DNA of 64,000 bases, from the NCBI GenBank assembly GCA_045837725.1, contig JBEWZL010000083.1:186001-250000 (forward strand), in the 5' to 3' direction. Below the pieces are notes generated by a model. The model searched no databases. It saw only the letters and a list, made by a program, of their open reading frames with translations, and was not told where the DNA came from. Both the position numbers and the translations under genes were made by a program. Source of the DNA: Vermamoeba vermiformis (taxonomy: Eukaryota). Positions 39,331-50,470 of the stretch are shown in pieces. Position 1 is the stretch's first letter. Every line of letters starts with the position of its first letter.

Positions 39331-42300
39331 TTACTTTTTCTTCGCCAAATCATCGCGTAATTTTCCAACCAATGCCTCGAGTGCTTTGTTCTTATCTTCC
39401 AATTCTTTTATACGCGCTGTTTAAATGTTAGATCTGTATCGCGGTCGTAAGATTTCAATGCGTACCTGACTGCTTGGCTGTTAGTTCCCGCAGCTGTTCA
39501 ACTTCGGTCTTGTTCTTAGTTGGCGAGCCAATTGGCGGGGGAGCAACGATGAGGGGCTTGGAAGTGACAGATTTGAGTGGACTGTTCGGATCTGACACGA
39601 GGTCCTTAATGATCATTGTTCCTGCACCAAAATTCTCGTAGTCGTCGTCCTCGTCTTCGTTGTTGACATTATTCACACGCGGCGCTGTCTCTCTGAAAAT
39701 GACAGTCTTGCCGTCAGCCACGAAGATCTCGTCGTCATCGGGCAGGTTGAAGTTGTCGTCTTTGATGACCATTGTCACGCCAAAGTCGTCGGTGAGGTCG
39801 TCCTTGGTGATCATCGTGTCAATGCCATTCTTGAACACCATCGTGCCCGAGTCCTCGTCGTATTCATCAATGTCCTCCAACACTTTGATCGTACCGCCAC
39901 CCGAGATCTGATACTCGTTCGAGTCCTCTTTGATGATCATCGTGCCGCCGTCCATTTCAACAATTTCCAAATCATCTTTGACAATCATCGTTGACTCCTC
40001 ATCGCCAGAGTCCATGGGACTGCGCACTGGACTGCGAATGACGGGTGAGCCTGGCCGCGAGAGTCGTTCAGCAGGTGGGTCGGGCCGTCTTTGCGCGGTG
40101 TGCCAGTGAGTTTCGGCTTGGAACTCGACGGTGGAATGGGCGGGATATTGCCCGGCGCGGTAATTCGTTTGTTGACCTTTGGTGAGGCAGGGTAGTCGGT
40201 GTTGACTAAGGGTCGTGCGGCCAAATCACCGTCAGAGACTGTGCGTTTTGTCGGTGGTTTGTTGGGGGTCGGTGCTGACTGGGGTTTTTCTACGAGGAAA
40301 TCTGGCGGCGGTGGCAAGACATTGGTGTTTCTTGTGCGCGTTACCTCGGGTGCATTCATGCTCTGAGTGCACTGTTAGAACACGAATATAAACCTGATAT
40401 TAATCAACGGTACCTTTCGCTTTTCGAGTGCAATTTCCATTCGATCTCGCAGCACATTAGGTCCCTTGACATTCTTGAAGAACGGATGTGACAGCAGTTC
40501 CATGGCTGTTGGTCGCTTGGCAGGATCTTTTTGCAAGCACAAAGCAATGAAATCGTTCAAGTCATCGGACCACTCACTGGGGTCTTTAAATGTCGGGCTC
40601 GGGTGTTGCGGACTGGTCACCTGTCGCATGGCTCTAAAAATAGGAATGGCACTGTTGGGTGGTGCGCCATCGCCCATTTCAATCGCTGTAATGCCCAGCG
40701 ACCAAATGTCACATTTGCTGTCGTATTGTTTCTTTAAAATAACCTCCGGGGCCATCCTATCAACGTAATATTTAATAACATATCTCTTAGACTTGCCGAA
40801 ATTTCACGTACCAAAGTGGTGTGCCAACGGTTTCAGAAACTTCTTTGACTTGACTTTGCAATTGATCTGACACGCCAAAATCGGCGATTTTAACTTCACC
40901 GCGCTCATTCAACAAGATATTTGCTGCTTTGACGTCTCTGTGAATGATATTTTGACTGTGTAAGTACGTCAGGGCCTTGACTGCGCTGAAAATAACGAAT
41001 TTGATTTGTTCTTCGTCGAGTGGCTCTTCACCGGTCAAAATTAAGTCTTTAATTGAGCCCAAGGCACAATAATCCATCAAAATCTTCAAAATGATCGTTA
41101 GAAAAAGAAAATGTTAAAAAAGATGAATGCGTACCCAAACGTGTTTTCCTTTCATTACGGTGCCAAAATAGCTGACCACGCATGCATTTTTACATTTCTT
41201 CAAAATTTCGACTTCTTTTTTGATGGACTCGTAATTGTCTACGTTTTGGATCTCTTTGATTGCCAATTCAAAATTAGTTTCTTTGTGCACTCCTTTGTAT
41301 ACTGCACCAAAAGATCTAATAGTCGGAAATATTAAAATACAATTTCTTTCAGTATTGCCTAATTAGGCATACCCTTGGCCGAGCTTCTCTTGCACTTGAA
41401 ATATTTCTTCGGGATTGTTGCCTTGCCACTCAAAATTCAAATTGACGTGGTAATGATGTTGCCAATTGTACGGCATGCCAATACCCTCTATTAAATGAAT
41501 TAACAAAGAGCCTCTAATTAAGCCAAAGTATTGTCAGAATATTACCGTCGCCTTCAACAGCAGGTTTTTTAACTTTTTTGCTCGCAAGGTTGCTACTCGA
41601 CACGGCTCTTTTATCAAGCACCAATGACTTTCGTTTTAATTTCTTCGCGGTCACAATTTTATCTCCGCGCTTGTCTTCACTTATCAAATTATCTGTCGAA
41701 TAATGTCGTTAATAAGCTTATCTAGTACGGCATTAACTACGTACCCAAGTGATAAAGAATGATCAGTTCGTTCGAGTTCATGTTGCGCGTCTTATATACA
41801 CCTTGTTTGCGCGACAAATAGAACTCTTGTTTGCCACCGCCGAAGATAAACAGCTTGCTTTTTGACGCGTTCAAATTGGCTGTGTGTTGACATCGACCAG
41901 TCAGCGCGGAATTAGCTCCGCCCAATGCACTCTTCATCTCACATTTCTTCCAAGTGTTGGCAGCTAAATGGCGTTAATATCATAATATCTTATAGCAATT
42001 GACGGGACTTACTCAGATCTAAAATACTGACGTCATCGAATGCACTCGTTTTGGACGTGGATTGCAACTTGTCACCAGATCCGCCAAATACCAACAAATT
42101 GTCACGATAAAAAGTCGTTGTGTGCGAGAAACGAGGCGTTGGGATATCGCCTCCCATCGATATTTTGGCCCAGGTATTATTTCCTAATTAGGCAATCGTT
42201 AAAATTGTTATGAGAACCAAAGATATTTTGTTCGCGTACTGATGTCAAACGAGTAAAAGTCGTTAAAAGTTCCCCATTGGCCGCACGCTCCACCAAACAA

Positions 42301-43355
42301 ATACATCTGCGTTTCCGAGCTGTCGTTGAGTGTCATCGTGTGACCTGATCGCGGACTCGGCTTGTGACCACGTGTGTCAATGGTCTCCCACTTTTGAGTC
42401 ACTATCGCAACGAAAAGTTAATTGGATTTTTAAAATTAGCCAAAATCTTGCACTGGCATGCAAAATAATAATGATAGCATAGTACTAAGCGAGTGTATAA
42501 ATCGACTTAATTATTAGTTTTTTTTGAACGTGACTGTAAATTAATTAATTTTTTACCTGTGTCAAACCGCACAATTTGGTTGGTAAATGTCGAATGATTA
42601 CGACCGCCAAAGAAATAAATTGATTTTCCTACTGCGGTGGCTGTATGACCTGAACTTGGCTGCGGTGCTTTCGACGAGATCCGATTCCAGTCCATCCGCT
42701 CTAAGAAGTTTAAAAAGGTTATTTCACGCGCCAAAACCGTAGATCCGCATAAAAGTTTGAAATAGACAAAATCTTAAGCGAATACGAATTATTTGTGCGA
42801 TAGATACCTGTATCAAGCACGAATATGCTCTTGAGGCATTTGTAACCGTCAAATCCACCAAATAAATACAGTTTGTCGCCAACATTGCTGCAAGTATGTA
42901 AACAGCGCGGTGAGGGCCGCTCTGCCAATGTAACGACCGATTTCCACTCCATTATACCTAGTAAGGAAAAGAACGTCAGATCGAGCTTATTTAACGCAAA
43001 TAAAATTTATCTTTGATCAAGCTGCTTTGCAATTATTTTAATTAATATTTAGAGTATATAAAAGAAAGGATTATGGAGGATAAGACGGGAGTTTTCAACA
43101 TCAGTTGGGAAAGTTTAAAAAAATTCAATTTTAAGTAAACCAAGTTAAATATCACTTCTATGCTAAATTTATCGTGCAAAATATTCCATATTTCATACCA
43201 TCAGTATTGAGAATATAACTATCGTTTAACAAAGCTCGCTTTCCATCATCTCCTCCAAAAATAAATAATTTGGTTCCATCGCCTAGCGGAGTCGTTGTGT
43301 GGCATGACCGAGGTGGAGGAATGGTCGTATTAAATGAGGGAATAATCCACGACAT
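39331..43355 (-). CDS. Kelch-repeat + STE20/MST-like kinase + acidic TM-motif linker + short coiled coil
   Basis: About six kelch repeats (PPPRSCHT..LFIFGG; PSPRSGHT..MYLFGG). Kinase EKLGQG, ILMDYCALGS, IHRDVKAANILL, IADFGVS, GTPLWMAPEVI and DIWSLGITAIEM. Confidence 0.9.
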
Positions 43356-43574
43356 TTAACAACGGTATTTTGGAAATCCGACGAGATGGAATCTGAATTT
43401 TTGCTGACTGCAGTTTATCTATTGATAGTGCTGTCTGCTCTTTCTTTGTGTTATGATAGTTTAAGCGAACGAGGGACAAATTCGCCAAAACCAAACTGTC
43501 ATAATCTTGTCCGCGGGAGATAACTCTGCAGATCGCAATCGGTTCTAATAATAGTTGTTTATTGGTGTATTAAT

Positions 43575-46500
43575 TTACACAATGTTGTACAGGGTTTGGG
43601 CAGAGGTCGTAGTACCATCAGTACCGCCAATAATGAACACAAAAGGACGTTGCTTGACACAAGAGATCAAGCTCAAACTAGTGCCACTCCAGCCTGCATT
43701 CCAGCTAGAACCAAATGCTGCGACATCAGTTAACGAGCCTGCCTTGCCTTGAGATGATGAGGCACCGCCTGTAAAGCCGATCTGACCGCTGGTTGTCTTG
43801 TACACGAACATGCAGTAGCCAGCGCGAGCCAAGGGACCATTGTCGGAATTGGTTGTAGCAGTGAAGGTCAATTGTCCATCAGCACTCAACTGAGTAGTTT
43901 CAATTGTCTGAATAAAAAGAATTAAAATCGATAAATTTAAACGGATCCAAAAATAGCACCATACCTGACTGAACGAATTACCAGCGATACGACCACCACC
44001 AATGTAGATTTGCAATGCACCGGCAGGAACTTGGCTCAAAAACTCGTTGGTAAGCGTGACAGACGAGTGTCCGTAGCGTGCAGTGGCGAGGGAGTTCGTG
44101 CCATCGGTCCAAGCCGTCATGGTTTGGTTTTCACGGTCCTTGGCACTGGCTGCGGGGCTGACAGTAATCGTAGTAAACTCGTACGTGGCAAGAGGAGTAG
44201 AAGCATCGGCCAGACCACCGAAGCTGAAGATGAAGTACTGGTCGGTGGTCGAGGGTGTCGCGGTGCTGAGCAAGGTGCCCCAGGCGCGAGGCGAGTTCAA
44301 GCTGATAACTGCTTGCCAAACACCGAGACTGAGAGGAGGCAGAGGGGTGACACTTGCGTCAACGTTACCACTGATATCCTCGTGGTAGGTGGTGTTGACT
44401 TGCGCCAACAAACCAAACTCACTCGACGAGCCATTCACTGTACGGTAGACGCGATATCCCACGGCATCGGGAACTAAACACAACATGAGCAACAAGCGTC
44501 TAAAACTAATAGTTAGCACTTACTGGCATCCCAAGTCAGATTGACGTGGAAGTTTCCGATATCAGCACTGAGTCCAGCGGGGAGATAGATCGTGAAAATG
44601 TCACCGGGCAAGGACTCGCCGCCAGGGTTGATGGCATCATCAGCAGCAAAGACGGCGCTGACGCGGTACAAGAAGGCACCTCCTTGATTGAAAATGGCAC
44701 CAGCAGTCTCACCGCGAACTAATGAAGTGTCGGCAGTGACAGAAGGAGTTGCGAGTGGGTTCAGAATGTGCGATCTATACACTGCACTTGTAGGGCCTGT
44801 GCCGTTGTTACCGCATTGAACATAGACGAATTGGCCTTAAAGGAAAGTCAGTAACGAGAACGAGCCAGTTCAAATGCTACTTACTAACAGTGACAGCGGA
44901 AGTGAATGTGCACGGAGTAGGGAGTTGATTGCGTTGTTTGCTCCACGTGCCCAACTTGCCGAAAATATCGAGCTGCATGATGTTAGTTTGAATAGATTTA
45001 ACTTGGTGGTAATCAGTTACTTACAGGAGCTGAATCGATAGTGCTGTAAGCAGAAGGCACAGAGTCGGCGTAGGTAATTCCTGTTGCTGTGTCACCACCA
45101 ACGGCGTACAAGACACGAGTAGAGGTTGAAGGCTGGCCAATAGTCAACGAGGCAGCACGACGAGGTGAGGCCATGGATGAAGTGGCAGAAAAGTCGTCAA
45201 GATTCATCGCAGAGCCCTTGACAGAGAAGCCAGTGAAGCGGGCAAAGGCATCATCAGAGTTGACGACGGTGACAGTGCAGACCACCGACTTACCGCCACC
45301 AGTCAAAGCATAGATTGAGTTCAATGGAACGGTGACAGCGATAGTAGTGGCAGTTTGGCTGGTGATTGTTGCGTTGAACTGACCATTGGTAGTGCCAAAA
45401 ATGTTCGAGCAAGAGAGTTGCACTGCAGTGACATTGTCGAAATTAGCGCCGTTGATTGAAGTAGCAGAGGATTGGCCGCTCACGAGACCGTCAGGCGAGA
45501 TTGAAGTGATGACAGGAGGTGGTTGTTCAGTCACAACGATGGCGTCACGCATCACACCGACTTGACTGTCAGGAAGTGGATTGACGACAATCAAGTCGTA
45601 TGAACCCACGGAGATCTTGGAGGTGTCAACGCTGGCAGTGATAGATTGGCCGTTGATGTACGACACACCGCGCAAGGCAATGGCATTAGAGCCAGCACGT
45701 GACAAGTAAGCACGAGGGATGGGTTGGAATTGATCTCCGGAATTAGCGGCGACAACAGTGATGGAGGCAGAAGTAGCGTTGATCCAAATGAACGAAGGAT
45801 CGACGGATTGAATTACGATGCCTGATTCAGCGCGCACAATGAGGCCGCTGCGTAACAAGCCGAAGCAGCCAGAGACGTCAAATTGCGACACAACAATGAT
45901 ATCGTAGGTGCCGTTGGATAAAGCGAGTGGTTCAATATTCACTAACAACTCGTTGAAAGTAGTTCCGTAGCTCACAATGTTGCTCGTCATGTTGAAAAGT
46001 TCGCCCGTTTGAGTGTTGCGGAAGATTAATTCCTCCACGCTGGAGTTCAATCCGCTCGTGTAAAGTGTCACTAGATCATGTCAATAATGCATTTTAGCTA
46101 TACTAATTCTTTTACCTTGAATGGAGGCGTTTTGATAAATAACTGGCGGGTCGGCGAACAAAACGAGCGTGTTAATGGATGAAGAAACTGAAAGGCGGAG
46201 TTAGTTAGGTGTAATGTCTATATCTAATCACGTACCATCAAGGCTTGCTTCAGCGGAGCTGTTGCAGGGATCGGCGTTGACCACTTTGATTTTTCTAGGC
46301 GCGGTGTTTGTTGGATCTGCCGATAAAAAAAAAAATCGCGTGTCAGCATTGATTCACGGAAGATGAAGAAATGAAATTTACCTTGTGTCGGTAATGCAAT
46401 ATTGATTGAATGGCAATCAAATACATTCGGGCGTCTGTAAATTTGTAGGTCTGAAAAAAAAGTTAGGTCAGATCTGCCGTTAAGTTTCTTCTGTTCTTAC

Positions 46501-46780
46501 CTTCACAATCGCCTAAAGTAAAGTCTACATTTACGTCATCGACAGTCACAACAGGTAGTTTGCCTTCAATATTCAGAAAGCCGTTTCCAAAAACTGTGAT
46601 ATTTACGGCATCTGCGGAGGGACAGATCGAGCTCGGGTAAACAGAGGTTACATTAGCGAAATGTGTCTCGCAAGGGACTGGTCGCGGAATCAACGTCGCT
46701 AACAATATGACGAGCAGCACAACTGTACCAGCGATGGGCACCCAGATCTTCCAAGCGTACTGACCAAACTTTTCGTTCAT
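43575..46780 (-). CDS. N-terminally anchored IPT/TIG-repeat + kelch-like extracellular protein
   Basis: TM IWVPIAGTVVLLVILLATLI; IPT-like repeats (VTSVYPS..ITVFGNGF; PPVITSISPD..INGANF); kelch-like SPRRAAS..LYAVGGD, ARYGHS..IYIGGG and VFIIGG. Confidence 0.75.
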
Positions 46781-47554
46781 TTATGTGCTTGTATTGATTT
46801 GAGGTGAATAGAATAATAAAATGGTCGATGCTCCAACGCCATTTTATATGTTTCAGCAATATCTATGTGCCAATAAGGATTCAAATTTGCCGACACTAAT
46901 TTTGGCAAATATTACGTTGCAGGGCGTAATGAAACCTTAAATTAAAGGTCTCGGAGATTAACCACACTCTAGTCACGATAGTATACATGACAAGGAATGA
47001 TAAATAGGTTAATGTTTGCTGCAGAAGCTTCCGGATGTGGTCGGTTTGTCCAACGGCCAATATTTTCGGCAATGGACCAAAATCAAATTTACGGTAATGA
47101 CATAAAATATTCCGTATCTTATTCTTGTAAATTTTGTCAGTTGTACCAACTACAAAACCGAAAGAAGATTACTGAAATTGAATTAATTGCTTCGAAAATA
47201 ACCGTTATCGTTCTACTTGTAGGATATCAACGTAATTTCATCGATGGGATTATTCATTAAATTATTTTAGTGGATATTCGTGATTTTGTAGAATTTAGAA
47301 TAAAAGCTTATATGACCGGTGGATCAACTTCCAATTCAACAAGATTAACAACGCCGATTGTAGCCACGTGTGCTAACGATTCTAATTCATGATATGCACT
47401 GTGGATTAACAGCATGTGGTAAAGCTAAACTGCGAAATTACTAGATCTTTTTTTTGACGCGCTGTTTTGACAGAAAATTGGTAGCTTGCGGTCATTATAA
47501 AATAATCTTTTATTTACGTGTATACAGCAACGAGGATATTGTAGATTGGTAAGA

Positions 47555-49149
47555 ATGCGGTTTGAACTCGTCGTTGCAATTTTGTTTGGATTCCTTGCTG
47601 TGGGTCTAGGTAACGTTTCGATTACTAATTTTAAAAATTAGACTACTTTATCAAAAAATATTTTATAGATACAGCAATTGAATCAAATTATTATTATTGA
47701 CAGATCTGTCACCAGAAATTTTGAGTTTGATCCGCATTCTTGTGCGATTAGCGTAATATTAATTCTGCTAAAGCATCCAATCACGTTTAATAAATTGACG
47801 TAAACAATTTGACTATAGTCAAATTGACAAGCTCTGAACGTACTTCCAGAAAGATCCGCCTGCTGTCAACAGAATAGAATCTTCTAGGTTCTAATGTGTA
47901 CTCTTTTGTTTAGGTCAAATAACCCCTCTAATTCTCAATGCACCTCATGAGGCATCTATTCGCCAAGGAGAGTACTTGGACTTCGCTTACAGCTTTTCTC
48001 TCGGCGGAGAGAATGAGGATGTGGTAATTCGCGTTGAAGGAGATAGTAAGTATTTCGATTATAAGCACGCTCTCACTAACCACATTGCATCTAGCTGGCG
48101 ATATTTCATTGTTTGCATCAACTACGCCTGAGCCCAGACGGTAAATAGCTCAGCCCTCTGTAGTGCGGATCTAACCTTGAAATTACAGCGACTCTTACGA
48201 ATATAACTGGCGCTCATTGGACGGCGTTCATGATACACTCTATATCCCACGAAGACTTGCTACTAACCGCAAGGTGTACGTTTCTGTTTTCGGAGGAGCA
48301 GATTCAGTTTTCACGATTCGAGTTTATTCTCAACAAGGTACGTGTGAACGAATCATAATATTGTCACATATCTAATATTGTATTTCAGTCTTCTTGCCAT
48401 TCGAGAACTTGCTTACTCCCACCAACATCTACGACAGCGAAAGTCAATTCTACGCTTTTTGGGCAGCTGTTCCATCGAGTGATACTGTTGGACAATACAG
48501 ATTGAACGTCACTTTCTTGCGGTATGATACATCGTTATTAATTAGTACAAACGAATTCATGGTGTGCGATCCAGCTGATTAACTTACGATTCATTGAAGT
48601 GGCTCAGCAAATGTATTCATCGGATATCGCAATGCCGTGCCAGTGCCTGAATCCAACGACTTCAGATACGCCATTGAAGATATGCCTGCAGATCAAAATT
48701 CGTTGCTCATGACTGTTGAGGATGTGATGCCTGGTACGATTTCAACTCAGCTTTAATAGGAAATTTAGCTGTTATTAATATTCTTTGTATCATAGGCTGG
48801 TATTTTATTCGCGTTATTGGCACTGCAGAGGAGACTCAATTTACTATGCAGATGTTCCCTCCTGGCGCAGAAATACCAAGTAGGTAGAAGTGCTGCTAGT
48901 ATTATAATTACTTAAAAATGGTATAGGACCTGATGTACCCGAATTAACGCCACTTACTCTTGGCCTTATTGTTGGTGCATCCGTTTTTGTTGGAGCCATT
49001 GCAATTTCAGCCACTATTTACTTCTCATGCCGCGCTTATCAAAAGAGAGTAAGTCTAGCTCGTAATTAAAACGTGTTAATATTAATATTACTATTGTTTA
49101 GCAATTGAACAGAGAAGTCGCGTACCACAGAGTGCGAGAGAACTTGTAA
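47555..49149 (+). CDS. Hypothetical type I membrane protein with beta-rich ectodomain; many short exons, mostly missing from the ORF track
   Basis: Signal peptide MRFELVVAILFGFLAVGL; exons such as GDISLFASTTPEP, VYVSVFG and GWYFIRVIG; TM LTLGLIVGASVFVGAIAISATIYF followed by a basic tail. Confidence 0.65.
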
Positions 49150-49321
49150 TTTTGTTGTAATTATGCTGTCATTTATTTAGTTCCACGTGTTTAATAAATA
49201 TGCCACTGCAATGAATTCGAGAGTACTAAAATGAAGTTCACAATTGTTGCTGTTCGCTGGCCAGCATAAAAATCAGAATTATTTGAAAACGCCATTATTT
49301 TTACAAGCAAACAACACTTGC

Positions 49322-50470
49322 ATGCTTCGCAAAGCAGGTAATTACCTACTTTAAACACCCAAATAGTAATAGTTTTATGAAACGTCTCTGTAAGTAGAGC
49401 AATGAACCAACGAATTTCATGTATGTAGGACTGCTCCTTATCAATAATTGCCCGTTATGAGCTCTGCGCGAATAACTGGTATTAACATGTTTAATTTATT
49501 AATAATATGAATTCTGATTTTAAAATTTGAATAATGAAAACGGTATGGCAGAAAAAGTTAGGATTATTCAATATCTCAACCTAGCTCTAGAATTCTACCA
49601 TCTCGTAATAACATAAAAAATATCAATTACCACGACATATATGCTTAAAAGTTAGTGTCAGATACTTTTTCAAGACCTTTACGTGCAATTTCGTTTATGA
49701 AGCAGATCTGATAACATCTAATTAATTTAATTAATAATTACCAATTTTTAAATTGCTATGACCGATTTATTTCATTATTAACTGATGTTCGTTTTCCAGT
49801 TGGTGGATTGAGCGCGAACAAGCAGCTCTCTACGGAGAGCTCGCTGCCGCCGATGGCACAACCATCTATGCCGTCGATGGCCCCGCGCAAGCCTTTAATG
49901 ACAGACATGCCAATGCCCATGAGTCAGATGGCGATGCCCAGCATTGCTCCTCGAAAGGCCTTGAATACTGAGCCTGTGATTCTGCCGGTATGTTGTATAT
50001 TAAGATAGATCGGTGTGATGTAGCAAACAGCGCTATTCTAATGATGCACGTAACTTGAGTTTGACGGATTTGATCCTTTCAGTCTTCTCCGCAATACTCT
50101 CCGACCTCTCCAAGTTACAGTCCTTCACCTAGGAAACCGCTTCATACTGAATTAGTGCCTGTGAGCATTACTCGCACCAACTTTGTGAGTTTTCCAATTA
50201 CTGATCTGATCTATTTTTAGACTTCTAATGTTGCCTCATTTGGTATGGCGCCAAGAAAGCAATTGAGCACAGAACCAGTAAGTACTTCTCTTCGTCCGAA
50301 TATTCAAGAAGATTACTTATCGGAGTACAGGTGGAGGCAAAGCCAGATCGCTCTCGGGTGATGAACAAGGTGCAGCGTTCAATCAAGGCGCGCAGTCAGC
50401 TGAAGACAGGCGACGATGAAGTCCAGACTTTGGGTGAAGGTCTTAGTGCACGCAGTCAATTGACCACAGA
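49322..50470 (+). repeat. Degenerate coding repeat resembling histone H3 residues 14-23 (x-APRKQL-x-T-E)
   Basis: RKAVGGLSANKQLSTE (exons 1-2), MAPRKPLMTD (49877), IAPRKALNTE (49943), SPRKPLHTE (~50125), GMAPRKQLSTE (50242), and weaker IKARSQLKTG and GLSARSQLTTE. Confidence 0.8.
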
